Source of the DNA: Peptococcaceae bacterium BRH_c8a
GTDB taxonomy: Bacteria; Bacillota; Desulfotomaculia; Desulfotomaculales; Desulfallaceae
Length of the DNA stretch: 64,000 nt
NCBI GenBank assembly: GCA_000961575.1
Contig: LADP01000036.1
Location: 24,283 to 88,282 of the forward strand
Direction: 5' to 3'
Made by a program: the position numbers and the translations under genes. How positions within the stretch are numbered: position 1 is the first letter of the stretch; every line of letters begins with the position of its first letter. The notes below the pieces were generated by a model. That model was given only the letters and a program-made list of their open reading frames with translations. It was not told where the DNA came from and did no database searches. This document shows, piece after piece, positions 49,680 through 59,223 of this stretch.

Positions 49680-50561
49680 GTGTATAACCTCAAAGGCTTT
49701 ACGGTGGCCATGCTGGGTGGGGATGCCAGAGAGGTAAGTCTGGCCCAGGAGTTAGCCGCATCCGGCGCAACCGTTAAGACCCTGGGTATACCGGCGGAAG
49801 GCGAAAACATTATCGCCTGCAGCATGCCGGAGGAATGTCTGGACGGAGCACAAACCTTAATTCTACCAGTGCCGGGAGTAAAAGAAAACATGCAGTTGTC
49901 TGCAGTTTACCTTGAGCATCCACCGGAGATTACAGGCGAACTGCTGGCTCTGTTACCTGCAGGTTCGCCAGTGCTGGTGGGTATGGCCAGGGAGTCATTG
50001 CGCCGTCTGGTGAAGCAAGCGGGGTTAAGGCTGGTAGAGTTAATGCAAATGGATGATGTAGCTATCCTAAACTCTATTCCGTCCGCCGAGGGCGCTGTGC
50101 AAATGGCCATGGAGAAGTTGCCGATTACCATTCACGGCAGCCGGTGCCTGGTACTGGGTTTCGGTCGTACCGCCCAGACCTTGGCGCAGCTTCTTGATGC
50201 CATGCACGCTAAAACTACGGTGGTCGCACGAAACCACGCCCAGCTTGCCAGGGCTGAAGCTATCGGTCTGCATACAATCCACATCAGTGAATTAATAAAC
50301 TGCTTGCAGCAACCGAATGTTATATTCAACACCATTCCTGCGCCGGTAATTACAGAAGATATTTTGACCAAGCTAACGCCGACAACCCTAATCATCGATC
50401 TAGCTTCTGCGCCCGGTGGTACAGATTTTACCACTGCCCAAAAACTAGGCATCGAGGCTCTGCTTGCTCCAGGCCTGCCCGGTAAAGTGGCGCCCAGGAC
50501 AGCCGGATTGCTGCTGGCCCGGGTGGTACCCCGTGTGCTTTTGCAAATGGTAACACGTTGA
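49680..50561 (+). CDS. dpaA: Dipicolinate synthase subunit A
   Basis: The opening LKGFTVAMLGGDAREV resembles SpoVFA, and an NAD-binding GFGRT motif is present. GTG start. Confidence 0.85.
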   Translation: MYNLKGFTVAMLGGDAREVSLAQELAASGATVKTLGIPAEGENIIACSMPEECLDGAQTLILPVPGVKENMQLSAVYLEHPPEITGELLALLPAGSPVLVGMARESLRRLVKQAGLRLVELMQMDDVAILNSIPSAEGAVQMAMEKLPITIHGSRCLVLGFGRTAQTLAQLLDAMHAKTTVVARNHAQLARAEAIGLHTIHISELINCLQQPNVIFNTIPAPVITEDILTKLTPTTLIIDLASAPGGTDFTTAQKLGIEALLAPGLPGKVAPRTAGLLLARVVPRVLLQMVTR

Positions 50562-50588
50562 CGGACCGGTTTTAGGGGAGGTGCTTGT

Positions 50589-51179
50589 ATGAAAAAGCTC
50601 GAAGGTGTTAAGGTGGGGTTTGCCCTAACGGGTTCTCATTGCACCATTGATGAAGTGCTGGTGGAGTTAAAAAAAGTTGCCCAAGAGGGCGCCGTTCTGT
50701 ATCCTATAATTAGTAATTCCGTTGATGAAACCGACACCCGCTTTGGCGCATCGGCTGCCTGGAAAACTCGGATTGAAGAAATAACAAATCAGGAGATTAT
50801 CAGCAGTATCGTCGGAGCAGAACCTGTTGGGCCGGAAAAACTGTTTGATGTACTGGTGGTGGTGCCGTGTACCGGTAATACACTGGCCAAACTGGCCAAC
50901 GCCATTACCGACGGGCCGGTTTTAATGGCCACCAAGGCTCATTTACGGAACCAGAGACCCGTTGTAATAGGTTTATCCACCAACGATGGTTTAAGCATGA
51001 ATGCTAAGAATATAGGCCTATTATTGAACGCCAAGAATATATATATGGTTCCATTCGGTCAAGATAATCCCGCCGGTAAACCAAACTCGCTAAAAGCCAG
51101 GATGAACCTGTTGGTAGAAACCATTGTGTGTGCACTGCAAAGTAAACAAATTCAACCTGTTTTAGTGGCCCACGAGTAA
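50589..51179 (+). CDS. dpaB: Dipicolinate synthase subunit B
   Basis: The flavoprotein-like opening LEGVKVGFALTGSHCT resembles SpoVFB. Confidence 0.85.
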   Translation: MKKLEGVKVGFALTGSHCTIDEVLVELKKVAQEGAVLYPIISNSVDETDTRFGASAAWKTRIEEITNQEIISSIVGAEPVGPEKLFDVLVVVPCTGNTLAKLANAITDGPVLMATKAHLRNQRPVVIGLSTNDGLSMNAKNIGLLLNAKNIYMVPFGQDNPAGKPNSLKARMNLLVETIVCALQSKQIQPVLVAHE

Positions 51180-51227
51180 AGCTAGATACCGGCGGCGGTC
51201 GATATAAAAAGATTGGAGGGGTAGATT

Positions 51228-52247
51228 TTGACTCAGTATAAAGTAGTGATTGTAGGTGCTTCCGGAGCAGTGGGACAGGAAATATTAAATGTAATGGAAG
51301 AAAAGAATTTCCCGGTAGGTGAGTTAAAATTATGTGCCACCTCCCGTTCCGCCGGTAAAGAGATGTTTTTCAAAGGCCAATCTTATACCGTAGAAGAAAC
51401 TACGCCCGCTTCCTTTGACGGTATGGACATTGCACTGTTTGCCGGGGGTGCGGCCAGCCAGGAGTTTGGACCGCTGGCTGCTGAAAAGGGCGTTGTAGTG
51501 ATTGACAACAGCAGCCACTTCCGTCTTGACCCGGCAGTACCACTGGTAGTCCCGGAGGTTAATCCCGAGGATGTTAAGATGCACCAGGGTATTATCGCTA
51601 ACCCCAACTGTTCAACTATTATTATGGTGGTGCCGCTAAAGGCTATTTACGATGCCGCTGGAGTGAAAAGGGTGGTTGTATCAACCTACCAGGCGGTCAG
51701 CGGCGCCGGGGCTGAAGGTATAGATGAATTAACCGAGCACGCCCGGGCGGCACTGGATGGACGCGAGGTAGTTCCGGTTAAGTTCCAATACCAGATCGCC
51801 TTTAATCTGATTCCACACATTGATGTATTCCAAGAAATGGATTACACTAAAGAAGAGTGGAAGATGGTGAAAGAAACCCGGAAAATTATGCACGACGATA
51901 ATCTGGCCATAACTGCCACTACGGTTCGAGTACCGGTTTATCGCAGTCACGCCGAATCAATAAACGTGGAAACAGAAAGAAAAATAACCGCCGGTCAGGC
52001 CAGGGAAGTACTGGGCCAATTCCCTGGTGTTATAGTGGAGGACGACCCGGTTAATAAAAAATACCCCATGCCTTTGTTTACTTCCGGGCGGGATGAGGTT
52101 TTTGTCGGCCGGGTTAGGGAAGATAATACTCTGGCAAACGGGCTGAATATGTGGGTAGTGTCGGATCAACTCCGCAAAGGGGCCGCCACCAACGCCGTGC
52201 AGATTGCAGAACTGGTGATTAAGTACGGTTGCCTGGGAAAGAGGTAA
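51228..52247 (+). CDS. asd: Aspartate-semialdehyde dehydrogenase
   Basis: VVIVGASGAVGQE, the active site ANPNCSTI, and SDQLRKGAA. Confidence 0.95.
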   Translation: MTQYKVVIVGASGAVGQEILNVMEEKNFPVGELKLCATSRSAGKEMFFKGQSYTVEETTPASFDGMDIALFAGGAASQEFGPLAAEKGVVVIDNSSHFRLDPAVPLVVPEVNPEDVKMHQGIIANPNCSTIIMVVPLKAIYDAAGVKRVVVSTYQAVSGAGAEGIDELTEHARAALDGREVVPVKFQYQIAFNLIPHIDVFQEMDYTKEEWKMVKETRKIMHDDNLAITATTVRVPVYRSHAESINVETERKITAGQAREVLGQFPGVIVEDDPVNKKYPMPLFTSGRDEVFVGRVREDNTLANGLNMWVVSDQLRKGAATNAVQIAELVIKYGCLGKR

Positions 52248-52254
52248 GGCCGGC

Positions 52255-53499
52255 ATGAAATTTTTAGTACTTAAGTTTGGGGGTACCTCTCTCAACACAC
52301 CTGAACTTAGGGAAAGAGCGGCTGGAAAAGTAATTGCCGCTATGGATGAGGGGTATCTGCCCGTGGTGGTAGTTTCCGCTATGGGTCGGCAGGGGGACCC
52401 TTATGCAACCGATACATTGCTAAGCCTAATTAAGAAGACTTATCATGATTTGCCGGAACGGGAAAAGGATATATTAATGACCTGCGGTGAGGTTATTTCT
52501 GGTGTCATGTTCACAGCTACTTTGCAGTCCTTGGGGCGACCGGCCGTTTTTTTGACCGGGTCCCAGGCCGGCATTATTACTGATAAAAATTTTGCCGAGG
52601 CTAGGATAATGCAGGTTAACCCCCATAAGGTTACCGCTTACGCACAGGAAGGATACATTGTTGTAGTGGCTGGTTTCCAGGGGGCTACCGAAGACGGTGA
52701 AATTACAACTTTGGGACGTGGCGGCAGTGATACCACTGCAGCTGCTCTGGGTGTGGCCTTAAATGCGGTATATGTGGATATATACACCGATGTTGAGGGC
52801 ATTATGACTGCCGACCCGCGTATTGTGACTGAGGCCAGAGCCTTGGACGCAATTACCTATGATGAAATTTGCCACCTGGCCCATGAAGGCGCAAAAGTAA
52901 TCCACCCCAGGGCAGTTGAAATTGCTATGCAAAAAGGGGTGCCGCTGCGGGTGCGTTCAACATTCAGCGACACGCTTGGTACTCTGGTGACAACCTCTGG
53001 TGAAGTATATAAGGGGACCATTGACATTACTAGAGATCGAATAATTACCGGTATCGCTTATATTTCAGGTATCACCCAGTTTAAGGTGCTTACTGAACCC
53101 GGCACCGGTGGGCTGAAACAGAAAAAAAGAATGTTCAGGGCGCTGGCGCTGGCAGGTGTTAGCATAGATTTTATTAACATTGTGCAGGAAACGGTTTTAT
53201 TTACCGTTAATGATGAACTAACCGCTAAGGCGACCCGGGTACTGGAAAACGCCGGGTATCACGCCGAGGTAATCTCGGGTTGCGCCAAGGTATCTGCAGT
53301 GGGGGCAGGAATGTCCGGCGTACCCGGAGTTATTGCAGATATTGTTGAGGCGTTGGCCGGGGAGGATGTACAGATTTTACAATGTAACGACTCCCATACC
53401 ACGGTGTGGGTGCTGGTCAGCCGTGAACAGATGGAGATGGCTGTCCGGGCTTTGCACACTAAGTTCATGTTAAAAGGAGAGGGGACACACCTCAGCTAA
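52255..53499 (+). CDS. dapG: Aspartokinase (DapG/LysC type)
   Basis: VLKFGGTSL, LGRGGSDTTA, and C-terminal ACT domains. The last roughly 6 codons and the stop lie inside repeat family 2. Confidence 0.9.
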   Translation: MKFLVLKFGGTSLNTPELRERAAGKVIAAMDEGYLPVVVVSAMGRQGDPYATDTLLSLIKKTYHDLPEREKDILMTCGEVISGVMFTATLQSLGRPAVFLTGSQAGIITDKNFAEARIMQVNPHKVTAYAQEGYIVVVAGFQGATEDGEITTLGRGGSDTTAAALGVALNAVYVDIYTDVEGIMTADPRIVTEARALDAITYDEICHLAHEGAKVIHPRAVEIAMQKGVPLRVRSTFSDTLGTLVTTSGEVYKGTIDITRDRIITGIAYISGITQFKVLTEPGTGGLKQKKRMFRALALAGVSIDFINIVQETVLFTVNDELTAKATRVLENAGYHAEVISGCAKVSAVGAGMSGVPGVIADIVEALAGEDVQILQCNDSHTTVWVLVSREQMEMAVRALHTKFMLKGEGTHLS

Positions 53500-53607
53500 T
53501 GGGTAATAAGGAATGGGGACATACCTCAGCTTAATGGTTAAAGTCTTGGGGTCGAGGAATGTCCCCGATTGGATTGGTCGAGGAATGTCCCTGACTGGAA
53601 TGTCCCC
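53481..53607 (+). repeat. GGGGACA...TGTCCCC hairpin repeat, nested copies (family 2)
   Basis: Two left halves GGGGACA(C/T)ACCTCAGCT at 53481 and 53515. Two and a half right halves (G)GTCGAGGAATGTCCC(C) and GGAATGTCCCC follow at 53548, 53577 and 53597. Confidence 0.9.
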
Positions 53608-53643
53608 AACGTAAGGATTTAAGCCGAAAGGAAGGTGATAGTT

Positions 53644-54528
53644 TTGGTTACGGATTTTGGGCGAGTGCTAACGGCTATGGTTACTCCTTTCAACAAGGAT
53701 CAAACTATAGACTTTGAGCAGGTTAAAAAACTGGCCCGGCACCTAGTGCAATCAGGTTCGGACGGGTTAGTGCTGGCTGGCACTACCGGTGAATCGCCAA
53801 CACTAAGTAAGGATGAAAAAGTTGAATTATTCAGGGTGGTTGTGGAAGAAGTAGGCGGGGACGCCATTGTTATTGCCGGTACCGGGGGCAACAACACTGC
53901 CGCCAGTGTGGAACTAACCCGGGCGGCAGAGAAGGTAGGCGTCGACGGTGTTCTGCAGGTTAGCCCTTACTACAATAAACCTACTCAGGAAGGCTTGTAC
54001 CAGCATTTTAAGGCCATTGCCGCCAGCACCAACCTGCCTGTTATGCTATATAACATACCAGGGCGGACGGCGGTGAATATTCTACCCCAAACGGTAATCC
54101 GCTTGGCCGAAATAGAAAACATTACTTCGATTAAGGAAGCATCGGGAAGCCTCGATCAGGTCAGCGAACTCAGGCGGTCTCTACCTGACCATTTCGCCAT
54201 CTACAGTGGGGATGACTCCATGACTTTACCGATTATGTCGCTGGGCGGCAAGGGCGTAGTCAGTGTAGCGGCCCATATTGTAGGCCCTAAAATTCAGGAG
54301 ATGGTTAACGCTTTTACGTCCGGTAACGTTACCATGGCAACCAAGATACACAGTAGTCTTTATCCCGTATTTAAGATTCTTTTTATAACCACTAACCCGG
54401 TGCCGGTAAAGGCTGCCATGAACATGCTGGGCTGGAAGGTGGGTGCACCCAGGTTGCCGCTGGTGGATGTCAATGAAGCTGAGAGAGAAGCCCTAAGAAG
54501 AGTCCTTGCCGATTTCCAGCTTCTTTAA
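53644..54528 (+). CDS. dapA: 4-hydroxy-tetrahydrodipicolinate synthase
   Basis: TAMVTPF, GTTGES.TLS, and the YNIPGRT motif. The TTG at 53644 is 8 nt after AAGGAAGG (track ORF starts at 53635). Confidence 0.9.
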   Translation: MVTDFGRVLTAMVTPFNKDQTIDFEQVKKLARHLVQSGSDGLVLAGTTGESPTLSKDEKVELFRVVVEEVGGDAIVIAGTGGNNTAASVELTRAAEKVGVDGVLQVSPYYNKPTQEGLYQHFKAIAASTNLPVMLYNIPGRTAVNILPQTVIRLAEIENITSIKEASGSLDQVSELRRSLPDHFAIYSGDDSMTLPIMSLGGKGVVSVAAHIVGPKIQEMVNAFTSGNVTMATKIHSSLYPVFKILFITTNPVPVKAAMNMLGWKVGAPRLPLVDVNEAEREALRRVLADFQLL

Positions 54529-54564
54529 CACTGGGGGTTGGTTAATTTGGCCATGATTAACGAA

Positions 54565-54593
54565 GGGAGCCAGACGGCTCCTTTTCGTTTTTT
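54565..54593 (+). terminator. Rho-independent terminator after dapA
   Basis: GGAGCC agac GGCTCC followed by TTTTCGTTTTTT. Confidence 0.9.
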
Positions 54594-54726
54594 AAATTCA
54601 GTTTACAGTGTTAGTAACTTGCCTTTTTTGGACAAGATTAAATTAGAACCTGACTATGTTTATAGTTATATTTAGACTGATTGCTAAAATTTTGCATACC
54701 ATGTGGTTGATTTAGGTGAGCCTTTC

Positions 54727-54755
54727 TTGTCCAACTCCTTTGGATACAGTATAAT
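54727..54755 (+). promoter_or_regulatory. Sigma-A-type promoter for rnj
   Basis: TTGTCC, 17-nt spacer, TATAAT, with a leader of roughly 120 nt before the GGGAGGTG SD. Confidence 0.5.
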
Positions 54756-54875
54756 GGATTAGCGAGTACTGAGCGGCCTGATAAAACAGAATATTTTCCC
54801 GCCTTCTCCTGATTTCTCACCAAACTATACGCACTATTTTTAAACTGCAATTATCTACAATTCGGGAGGTGTAAT

Positions 54876-56540
54876 ATGGCGCGAGAACCTAAGATTTCCT
54901 TGATCCCCCTTGGGGGACTGGGAGAGATCGGCAAAAACATGATGGTGGTGAGATACGGGGAAAATATTCTGGTTATCGATTCGGGGTTGATGTTCCCCGA
55001 AGAGGATCTACTGGGCATTGACATTGTAATTCCGGACATAACGTACCTGCTGGAGAATAAAAACATTGTACGGGGCATTGTGCTAACACATGGCCATGAA
55101 GATCATATCGGTGCCTTGCCTTATGTGTTAAAGCAGTTGGACGTCCCGGTATACGGAACCGGCTTAACCCTGGGTATATTACGGGAAAAACTCAGGGAGC
55201 GTCACCTGGCGGACAGTACCAAGCTGCATTGCGTAAAGCCCCGGGATGTAATCCAGGTCGGGCCGTTTAAAGTTGAGTTTATCCGAGTTTCACACAGTAT
55301 CCCTGACGCAGTAGCCCTGGCGATAGAAACGCCGGTAGGTATAATTGTACATACCGGTGATTTTAAGATTGACCAGACACCTGTGGACGGAGAAGTTACC
55401 GATTTTTACAGGCTGGCACAGTTGGGTGATCGGGGCGTGCTGGCCATGTTAAGCGATAGCACAAATGTGGAGAGACCCGGCTATACCATGTCCGAGCGCG
55501 TCGTGGGGCAAACTTTTGACGACACTTTCCGAAAGGCCGACGAACGGATCATCGTGGCCACTTTTGCTTCCAACGTGCACCGCCTGCAGCAGGCTATTAC
55601 CACCGCCCATAGATACAACAGGAAAGTGGCTGTGGTTGGACGCAGCATGGTTAACGTAGTCAATATTGCCCGTGAACTCGGTTACCTGAAGGTGCCCGAC
55701 GGGGTGCTTGTAGAATTGGAAGAAGCGGGCAGACTCCCTCGGAGTCAGGTGGTATACTTGACAACGGGCAGCCAAGGCGAGCCGATGAGCGCTCTGACCA
55801 GGATGGCCAGCAGGGATCATCGGCAAGTGGAAATTATGCCTGGAGATACGATTATAATTTCGGCTACTCCTATTCCCGGCAACGAAAAGCTGGTGGCTCG
55901 GATCATAGACCAGCTTTTTAAGCTGGGCGCCAACGTTATTTATGAGGCAGTGTCTGGTATACATGTAAGCGGTCACCCCAGCCAGGAAGAATTGAAGCTG
56001 ATGTTCAACCTGGTAAAACCCAAGTTTTTTCTGCCGGTACACGGCGAGTACCGCATGCTAATCAGGCACGCCGAGCTGGCCAAAGATATGGGTATCCCGG
56101 AATCCAACATTTTTGTATCAGAAAATGGTCAGGTGTTGGAATTAACCAAACGTAGCGGGCACTATGCCGGTCGGGTGACCGCCGGTCGGGTGCTGGTTGA
56201 CGGATTGGGAGTAGGTGACGTGGGCAATATTGTGCTGCGTGACCGCCGCCAACTGTCCCAGGACGGGATCTTAATCGTGGTGGTGACCATGAGCCGAGAA
56301 AACGGTCAGATTGTTTCCGGGCCGGACATTGTATCCCGGGGTTTTGTTTATGTTCGTGAATCCGAGGAACTAATGGAACAAGCCAGGGAAAAGGTGAACG
56401 CTGCCCTGACAAAGTGTTCAACTAAAAAAATGTCAGAATGGGCGTCCATTAAATCCCAGGTCAAAGATGATTTAAGCAGATTTCTATACGAGAAAACCAG
56501 GAGAAGGCCCATGATTCTACCCATTATAATGGAAGTATAG
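54876..56540 (+). CDS. rnj: Ribonuclease J
   Basis: Metallo-beta-lactamase motif THGHEDHIG, a beta-CASP domain, and a C-terminal domain. Confidence 0.95.
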   Translation: MAREPKISLIPLGGLGEIGKNMMVVRYGENILVIDSGLMFPEEDLLGIDIVIPDITYLLENKNIVRGIVLTHGHEDHIGALPYVLKQLDVPVYGTGLTLGILREKLRERHLADSTKLHCVKPRDVIQVGPFKVEFIRVSHSIPDAVALAIETPVGIIVHTGDFKIDQTPVDGEVTDFYRLAQLGDRGVLAMLSDSTNVERPGYTMSERVVGQTFDDTFRKADERIIVATFASNVHRLQQAITTAHRYNRKVAVVGRSMVNVVNIARELGYLKVPDGVLVELEEAGRLPRSQVVYLTTGSQGEPMSALTRMASRDHRQVEIMPGDTIIISATPIPGNEKLVARIIDQLFKLGANVIYEAVSGIHVSGHPSQEELKLMFNLVKPKFFLPVHGEYRMLIRHAELAKDMGIPESNIFVSENGQVLELTKRSGHYAGRVTAGRVLVDGLGVGDVGNIVLRDRRQLSQDGILIVVVTMSRENGQIVSGPDIVSRGFVYVRESEELMEQAREKVNAALTKCSTKKMSEWASIKSQVKDDLSRFLYEKTRRRPMILPIIMEV

Positions 56541-56542
56541 CT

Positions 56543-56670
56543 GAAAGGGGACACACCTCAGCTTTGGGGTCAAAAAAAGACTTTGGGGTCGAGGAATGTC
56601 CCCCAACTTATGAAAGGGGACACACCTCAGCTTTGGGGTTAAAAAGACTTTGGGGTCGAGGAATGTTTCC
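56543..56670 (+). repeat. GGGGACA...TGTCCCC hairpin repeat, two tandem units (family 2)
   Basis: GAAAGGGGACACACCTCAGCTTTGGGGT(C/T)AAAAA(AA)GACTTTGGGGTCGAGGAATGT(CCCC/TTCC) occurs twice with a 69-nt period, starting 3 nt after the rnj stop. Confidence 0.95.
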
Positions 56671-56681
56671 GATTGAACGAA

Positions 56682-56717
56682 ATACACAGGTGCACCAGCG
56701 CCTGTGTATTTTTTTTG
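56682..56717 (+). terminator. Rho-independent terminator after rnj and repeats
   Basis: ATACACAGG ... CCTGTGTAT stem followed by a run of 8 T. Confidence 0.9.
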
Positions 56718-56779
56718 CCCTAGTAATACATACTAAACTGACAATTGCTAAATTATGTTCATGGAACGGGGAGGTTAAT

Positions 56780-57601
56780 ATGTCTTACTACCAATCTTTT
56801 GACGAAGTACCCGGTGTTTTTCCCTACCAACCACCTTCACGCCCAGATCCGGAAACCAGCCCTGAGCGTACCGACAATCCCAACCAGGACCCCCGGACGG
56901 ATCGGGCCAGAGTTACGGGCAAGTCCAAAAATATCATTGAAGCCGTTAAAGAAATGGGCACCACTCAGGTACCTGAGATTAAAAGCAATATTCATTGCCT
57001 GACCATTGTGGGTCAAATTGAAGGACACCTGGTGTTACCGCCACAAAACAAAACCACCAAGTACGAACACCTGATTCCCCAGTTGGTGGCGTTGGAGCAA
57101 AGCCATGAAATTGAGGGCGTGCTCATCGTATTAAACACGGTGGGTGGCGATGTGGAAGCGGGTCTTGCCATCGCTGAAATTATCTCCAGTCTCTCCAAAC
57201 CCACCGTATCTTTAGTGCTGGGCGGAGGACATAGTATTGGTGTTCCCATTGCTGTATCAACAGACTATTCGTATATCGCTGAAACAGCTAGCATGACCAT
57301 CCATCCTATCCGCTTGACCGGACTGGTTATCGGTGTGCCCCAAACCTATGAGTATTTAGATAAAATGCAAGACCGGGTAGTCCGGTTTATCACATCTCAT
57401 TCCAAAATTGGCGAAGAAAGATTCCGTGATTTAATGTTTCGTACCGGTGAACTGGCCCGGGATATCGGTACCGTACTCATCGGCCAGGATGCTGTGGATT
57501 GTGATTTGGTCGATGAGGTGGGAGGTATGAGTCAGGCTATCAATAAGCTAAAGCAGCTTATTGATGAACAGAAAGCCGGAGCCGGGGGGCTAAAGCATTG
57601 A
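56780..57601 (+). CDS. tepA: ClpP-fold protein TepA-like (translocation-enhancing protein)
   Basis: IVGQIEGH...[16 protein letters not shown]...GGGHSIG resembles Bacillus TepA/YmfB, and GGGGAGG SD lies before the ATG at 56780. The track ORF start at 56564 reads through the repeats and the terminator. Confidence 0.8.
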   Translation: MSYYQSFDEVPGVFPYQPPSRPDPETSPERTDNPNQDPRTDRARVTGKSKNIIEAVKEMGTTQVPEIKSNIHCLTIVGQIEGHLVLPPQNKTTKYEHLIPQLVALEQSHEIEGVLIVLNTVGGDVEAGLAIAEIISSLSKPTVSLVLGGGHSIGVPIAVSTDYSYIAETASMTIHPIRLTGLVIGVPQTYEYLDKMQDRVVRFITSHSKIGEERFRDLMFRTGELARDIGTVLIGQDAVDCDLVDEVGGMSQAINKLKQLIDEQKAGAGGLKH

Positions 57602-57816
57602 TTTTATACACACCGATGCAGTTAGAACTGGTGCTGGCCGGGTTTGAACAATTGGATCGTTCTTCGGAGAGGGAAGTTACCGTTAACGGAGTACCTGCCA
57701 TTGTAAAGGATGTCGGTGGTGGCAAACTGGAACTGGTGCAAATTTTAAGCACTAATCCAATGGATTTCCTGCGTAGCGAATTATATCCAGGAGCAATGGT
57801 CAAGGCTGACGATTAA
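57598..57816 (+). CDS. YlzJ-like small protein
   Basis: 72 aa with a TTGA overlap with the tepA stop. The position after tepA matches Bacillus ylzJ. Confidence 0.55.
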   Translation: MILYTPMQLELVLAGFEQLDRSSEREVTVNGVPAIVKDVGGGKLELVQILSTNPMDFLRSELYPGAMVKADD

Positions 57817-57859
57817 GCCTATAAGTTATCATTGATGAACATCTCGAACAATAAGGTAG

Positions 57860-57897
57860 GCAGCGTGCTTATATTTTAGGCACGCTGCTTACTTTTA
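57860..57897 (+). terminator. Rho-independent terminator
   Basis: GCAGCGTGC ... GCACGCTGC (9 bp) followed by TTACTTTT. Confidence 0.85.
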
Positions 57898-57984
57898 AAA
57901 GGCGAATTTTTTTCATAAGTATTTTCGGGTAGACCACCATGCCGCTAAACGCGGCACCAGCAGAAGGATGAAAAACCAGCTTAC

Positions 57985-58177
57985 GCGGCGATCCGGTGAT
58001 ATCCGGAGCGAACGGTGCACCTGGATGCGTTGATTAGCCCGTCATAGCCCCGAATTCAGGCTGCTTAGGGCGTAGCCAAACGGTTAAGCAGTTTATGCCA
58101 TGCGGTAACAATAACCCGATCCGATCACAACAATAAGAATTGCAAGAGAGAGCGGAGCGATATCACCGGAGCGCCGC
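57985..58177. other. Non-coding G+C-rich segment bounded by 19-nt inverted repeats (candidate structured RNA or MITE-like insert)
   Basis: GCGGCGATCCGGTGATATC (57985-58003) pairs with GATATCACCGGAGCGCCGC (58159-58177) at 18 of 19 positions. An internal hairpin CTGCTTA...TAAGCAG is present, and no plausible ORF exists in any frame. Confidence 0.5.
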
Positions 58178-58247
58178 GCCCACTACAACCAACTTTAAAA
58201 GTATTTTCAGGGTAGTATTTTCTAGGTAGTAGAACGGCTTGTCTCTG

Positions 58248-58256
58248 TGATATAAT
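58248..58256 (+). promoter_or_regulatory. Extended -10 promoter element for uppP
   Basis: TGATATAAT (TGnTATAAT) lies about 30 nt upstream of the uppP start. Confidence 0.4.
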
Positions 58257-58286
58257 GATGCTGTTTGATTTTGAGAGATAAGGGCT

Positions 58287-59078
58287 GTGATGAAATTGGA
58301 TCTTATGCAAGCAATAATATTAGGTATTGTTCAGGGTTTGGGCGAGTTTTTACCAATTTCAAGTTCGGCACACTTGGTACTGGTACCATGGTTGATGGGC
58401 TGGGTTTATGCAGGACTTACTTTCGACGTGGCCCTGCACGTAGGTTCACTCGTTGCTATTGTTGGATTTTTCTGGCGCGACTGGCTAGTGTTAGTGTCTG
58501 ACGGGCTGCAGCGCAAGAAGACCACCGAAGGCCGCATGTTCTGGTATCTGGTGCTGGCCACCATACCTGGTGCCTTTACCGGGTATATGCTTGAAGACAT
58601 AGCAGAAACCGCTTTGCGCCATCCGCTATTAATTGGCATTATGCTTATGGTGATGGGCGTAATTCTGCATTTTGTTGATACGCGGTCACCAGCCACAAAA
58701 AAACTGACTGATATGGGATTGAAGGAAACCCTGTTAATTGGGGTGTCCCAAGCCCTGGCCATAATACCCGGCGTCTCCCGTTCCGGTATTACCATGACCG
58801 CCGGGCGACTTTTCGGCTTGACTCGGGAAACTTCAGCTCGTTTTTCCTTTTTGCTGGCTACCCCAATCATCGCTGGTGCAGGGTTGAAAAAAATAACCGA
58901 AATAACCACAGCGGACTTGACTATTCCTTTTATTACCGGTGTTGCAGTATCCGCCGTGGTGGGCTTCTTTGCAATCAAGTTTCTCTTGCAATACCTGGCC
59001 CGGTTCAGTTATGCTCTGTTTGTGTGGTATCGCCTAGTACTGGGCGCTCTGGTAATAGGGATTTATCTGGTCAGATAA
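58287..59078 (+). CDS. uppP: Undecaprenyl-diphosphate phosphatase
   Basis: ILGIVQGLGEFLPISSSAHL and PGVSRSG.T motifs; 8 TM helices. Confidence 0.9.
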   Translation: MMKLDLMQAIILGIVQGLGEFLPISSSAHLVLVPWLMGWVYAGLTFDVALHVGSLVAIVGFFWRDWLVLVSDGLQRKKTTEGRMFWYLVLATIPGAFTGYMLEDIAETALRHPLLIGIMLMVMGVILHFVDTRSPATKKLTDMGLKETLLIGVSQALAIIPGVSRSGITMTAGRLFGLTRETSARFSFLLATPIIAGAGLKKITEITTADLTIPFITGVAVSAVVGFFAIKFLLQYLARFSYALFVWYRLVLGALVIGIYLVR

Positions 59079-59106
59079 AAAGTTAATAACTGTGATAACT
59101 AATGCT

Positions 59107-59131
59107 AAAACCGGTCTTGGGCCGGTTTTTT
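59107..59131 (+). terminator. Rho-independent terminator after uppP
   Basis: AAAACCGG tcttggg CCGGTTTT followed by TTATTT. Confidence 0.85.
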
Positions 59132-59223
59132 ATTTGTTTATACAGGCAGATTTTTTTAAATGCATAGAAGGAATTATATGTAAAATAAGGAATAAGTATA
59201 CTTAAAAAGGAGGTGTCAGCGGG

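Noticed and set aside
55449-56042. 197-aa antisense ORF inside rnj, and similar long antisense ORFs inside hslU, pnp, ispG, uppP and frr
   Set aside because: They lie entirely within strongly supported sense-strand housekeeping genes. They have no start context and are typical antisense open frames of moderately G+C-rich coding DNA.
56543-56670. CRISPR-array interpretation of the tandem 69-nt-period repeats and of the heptamer arrays
   Set aside because: There are only two units, the sequence between them is itself repeated rather than a unique spacer, no cas genes are nearby, and the heptamer units are far too short.
56564-56779. N-terminal 72 codons of track ORF 56564-57601
   Set aside because: This part reads through the family-2 repeats and a strong terminator (56682-56717). 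The TepA homology and a GGGGAGG SD begin at the ATG at 56780.
57985-58177. 6S RNA, SRP RNA or T-box identity for the G+C-rich island upstream of uppP
   Set aside because: The size would roughly fit 6S, but apart from the 19-bp closing stem I could not build the extended irregular helix. I also saw no SRP domain IV or T-box consensus. It is kept only as an unclassified candidate.
58125-58310. 61-aa minus-strand ORF across the uppP promoter region
   Set aside because: It spans the inverted repeat and the uppP start on the opposite strand, has no SD, and its composition looks random.
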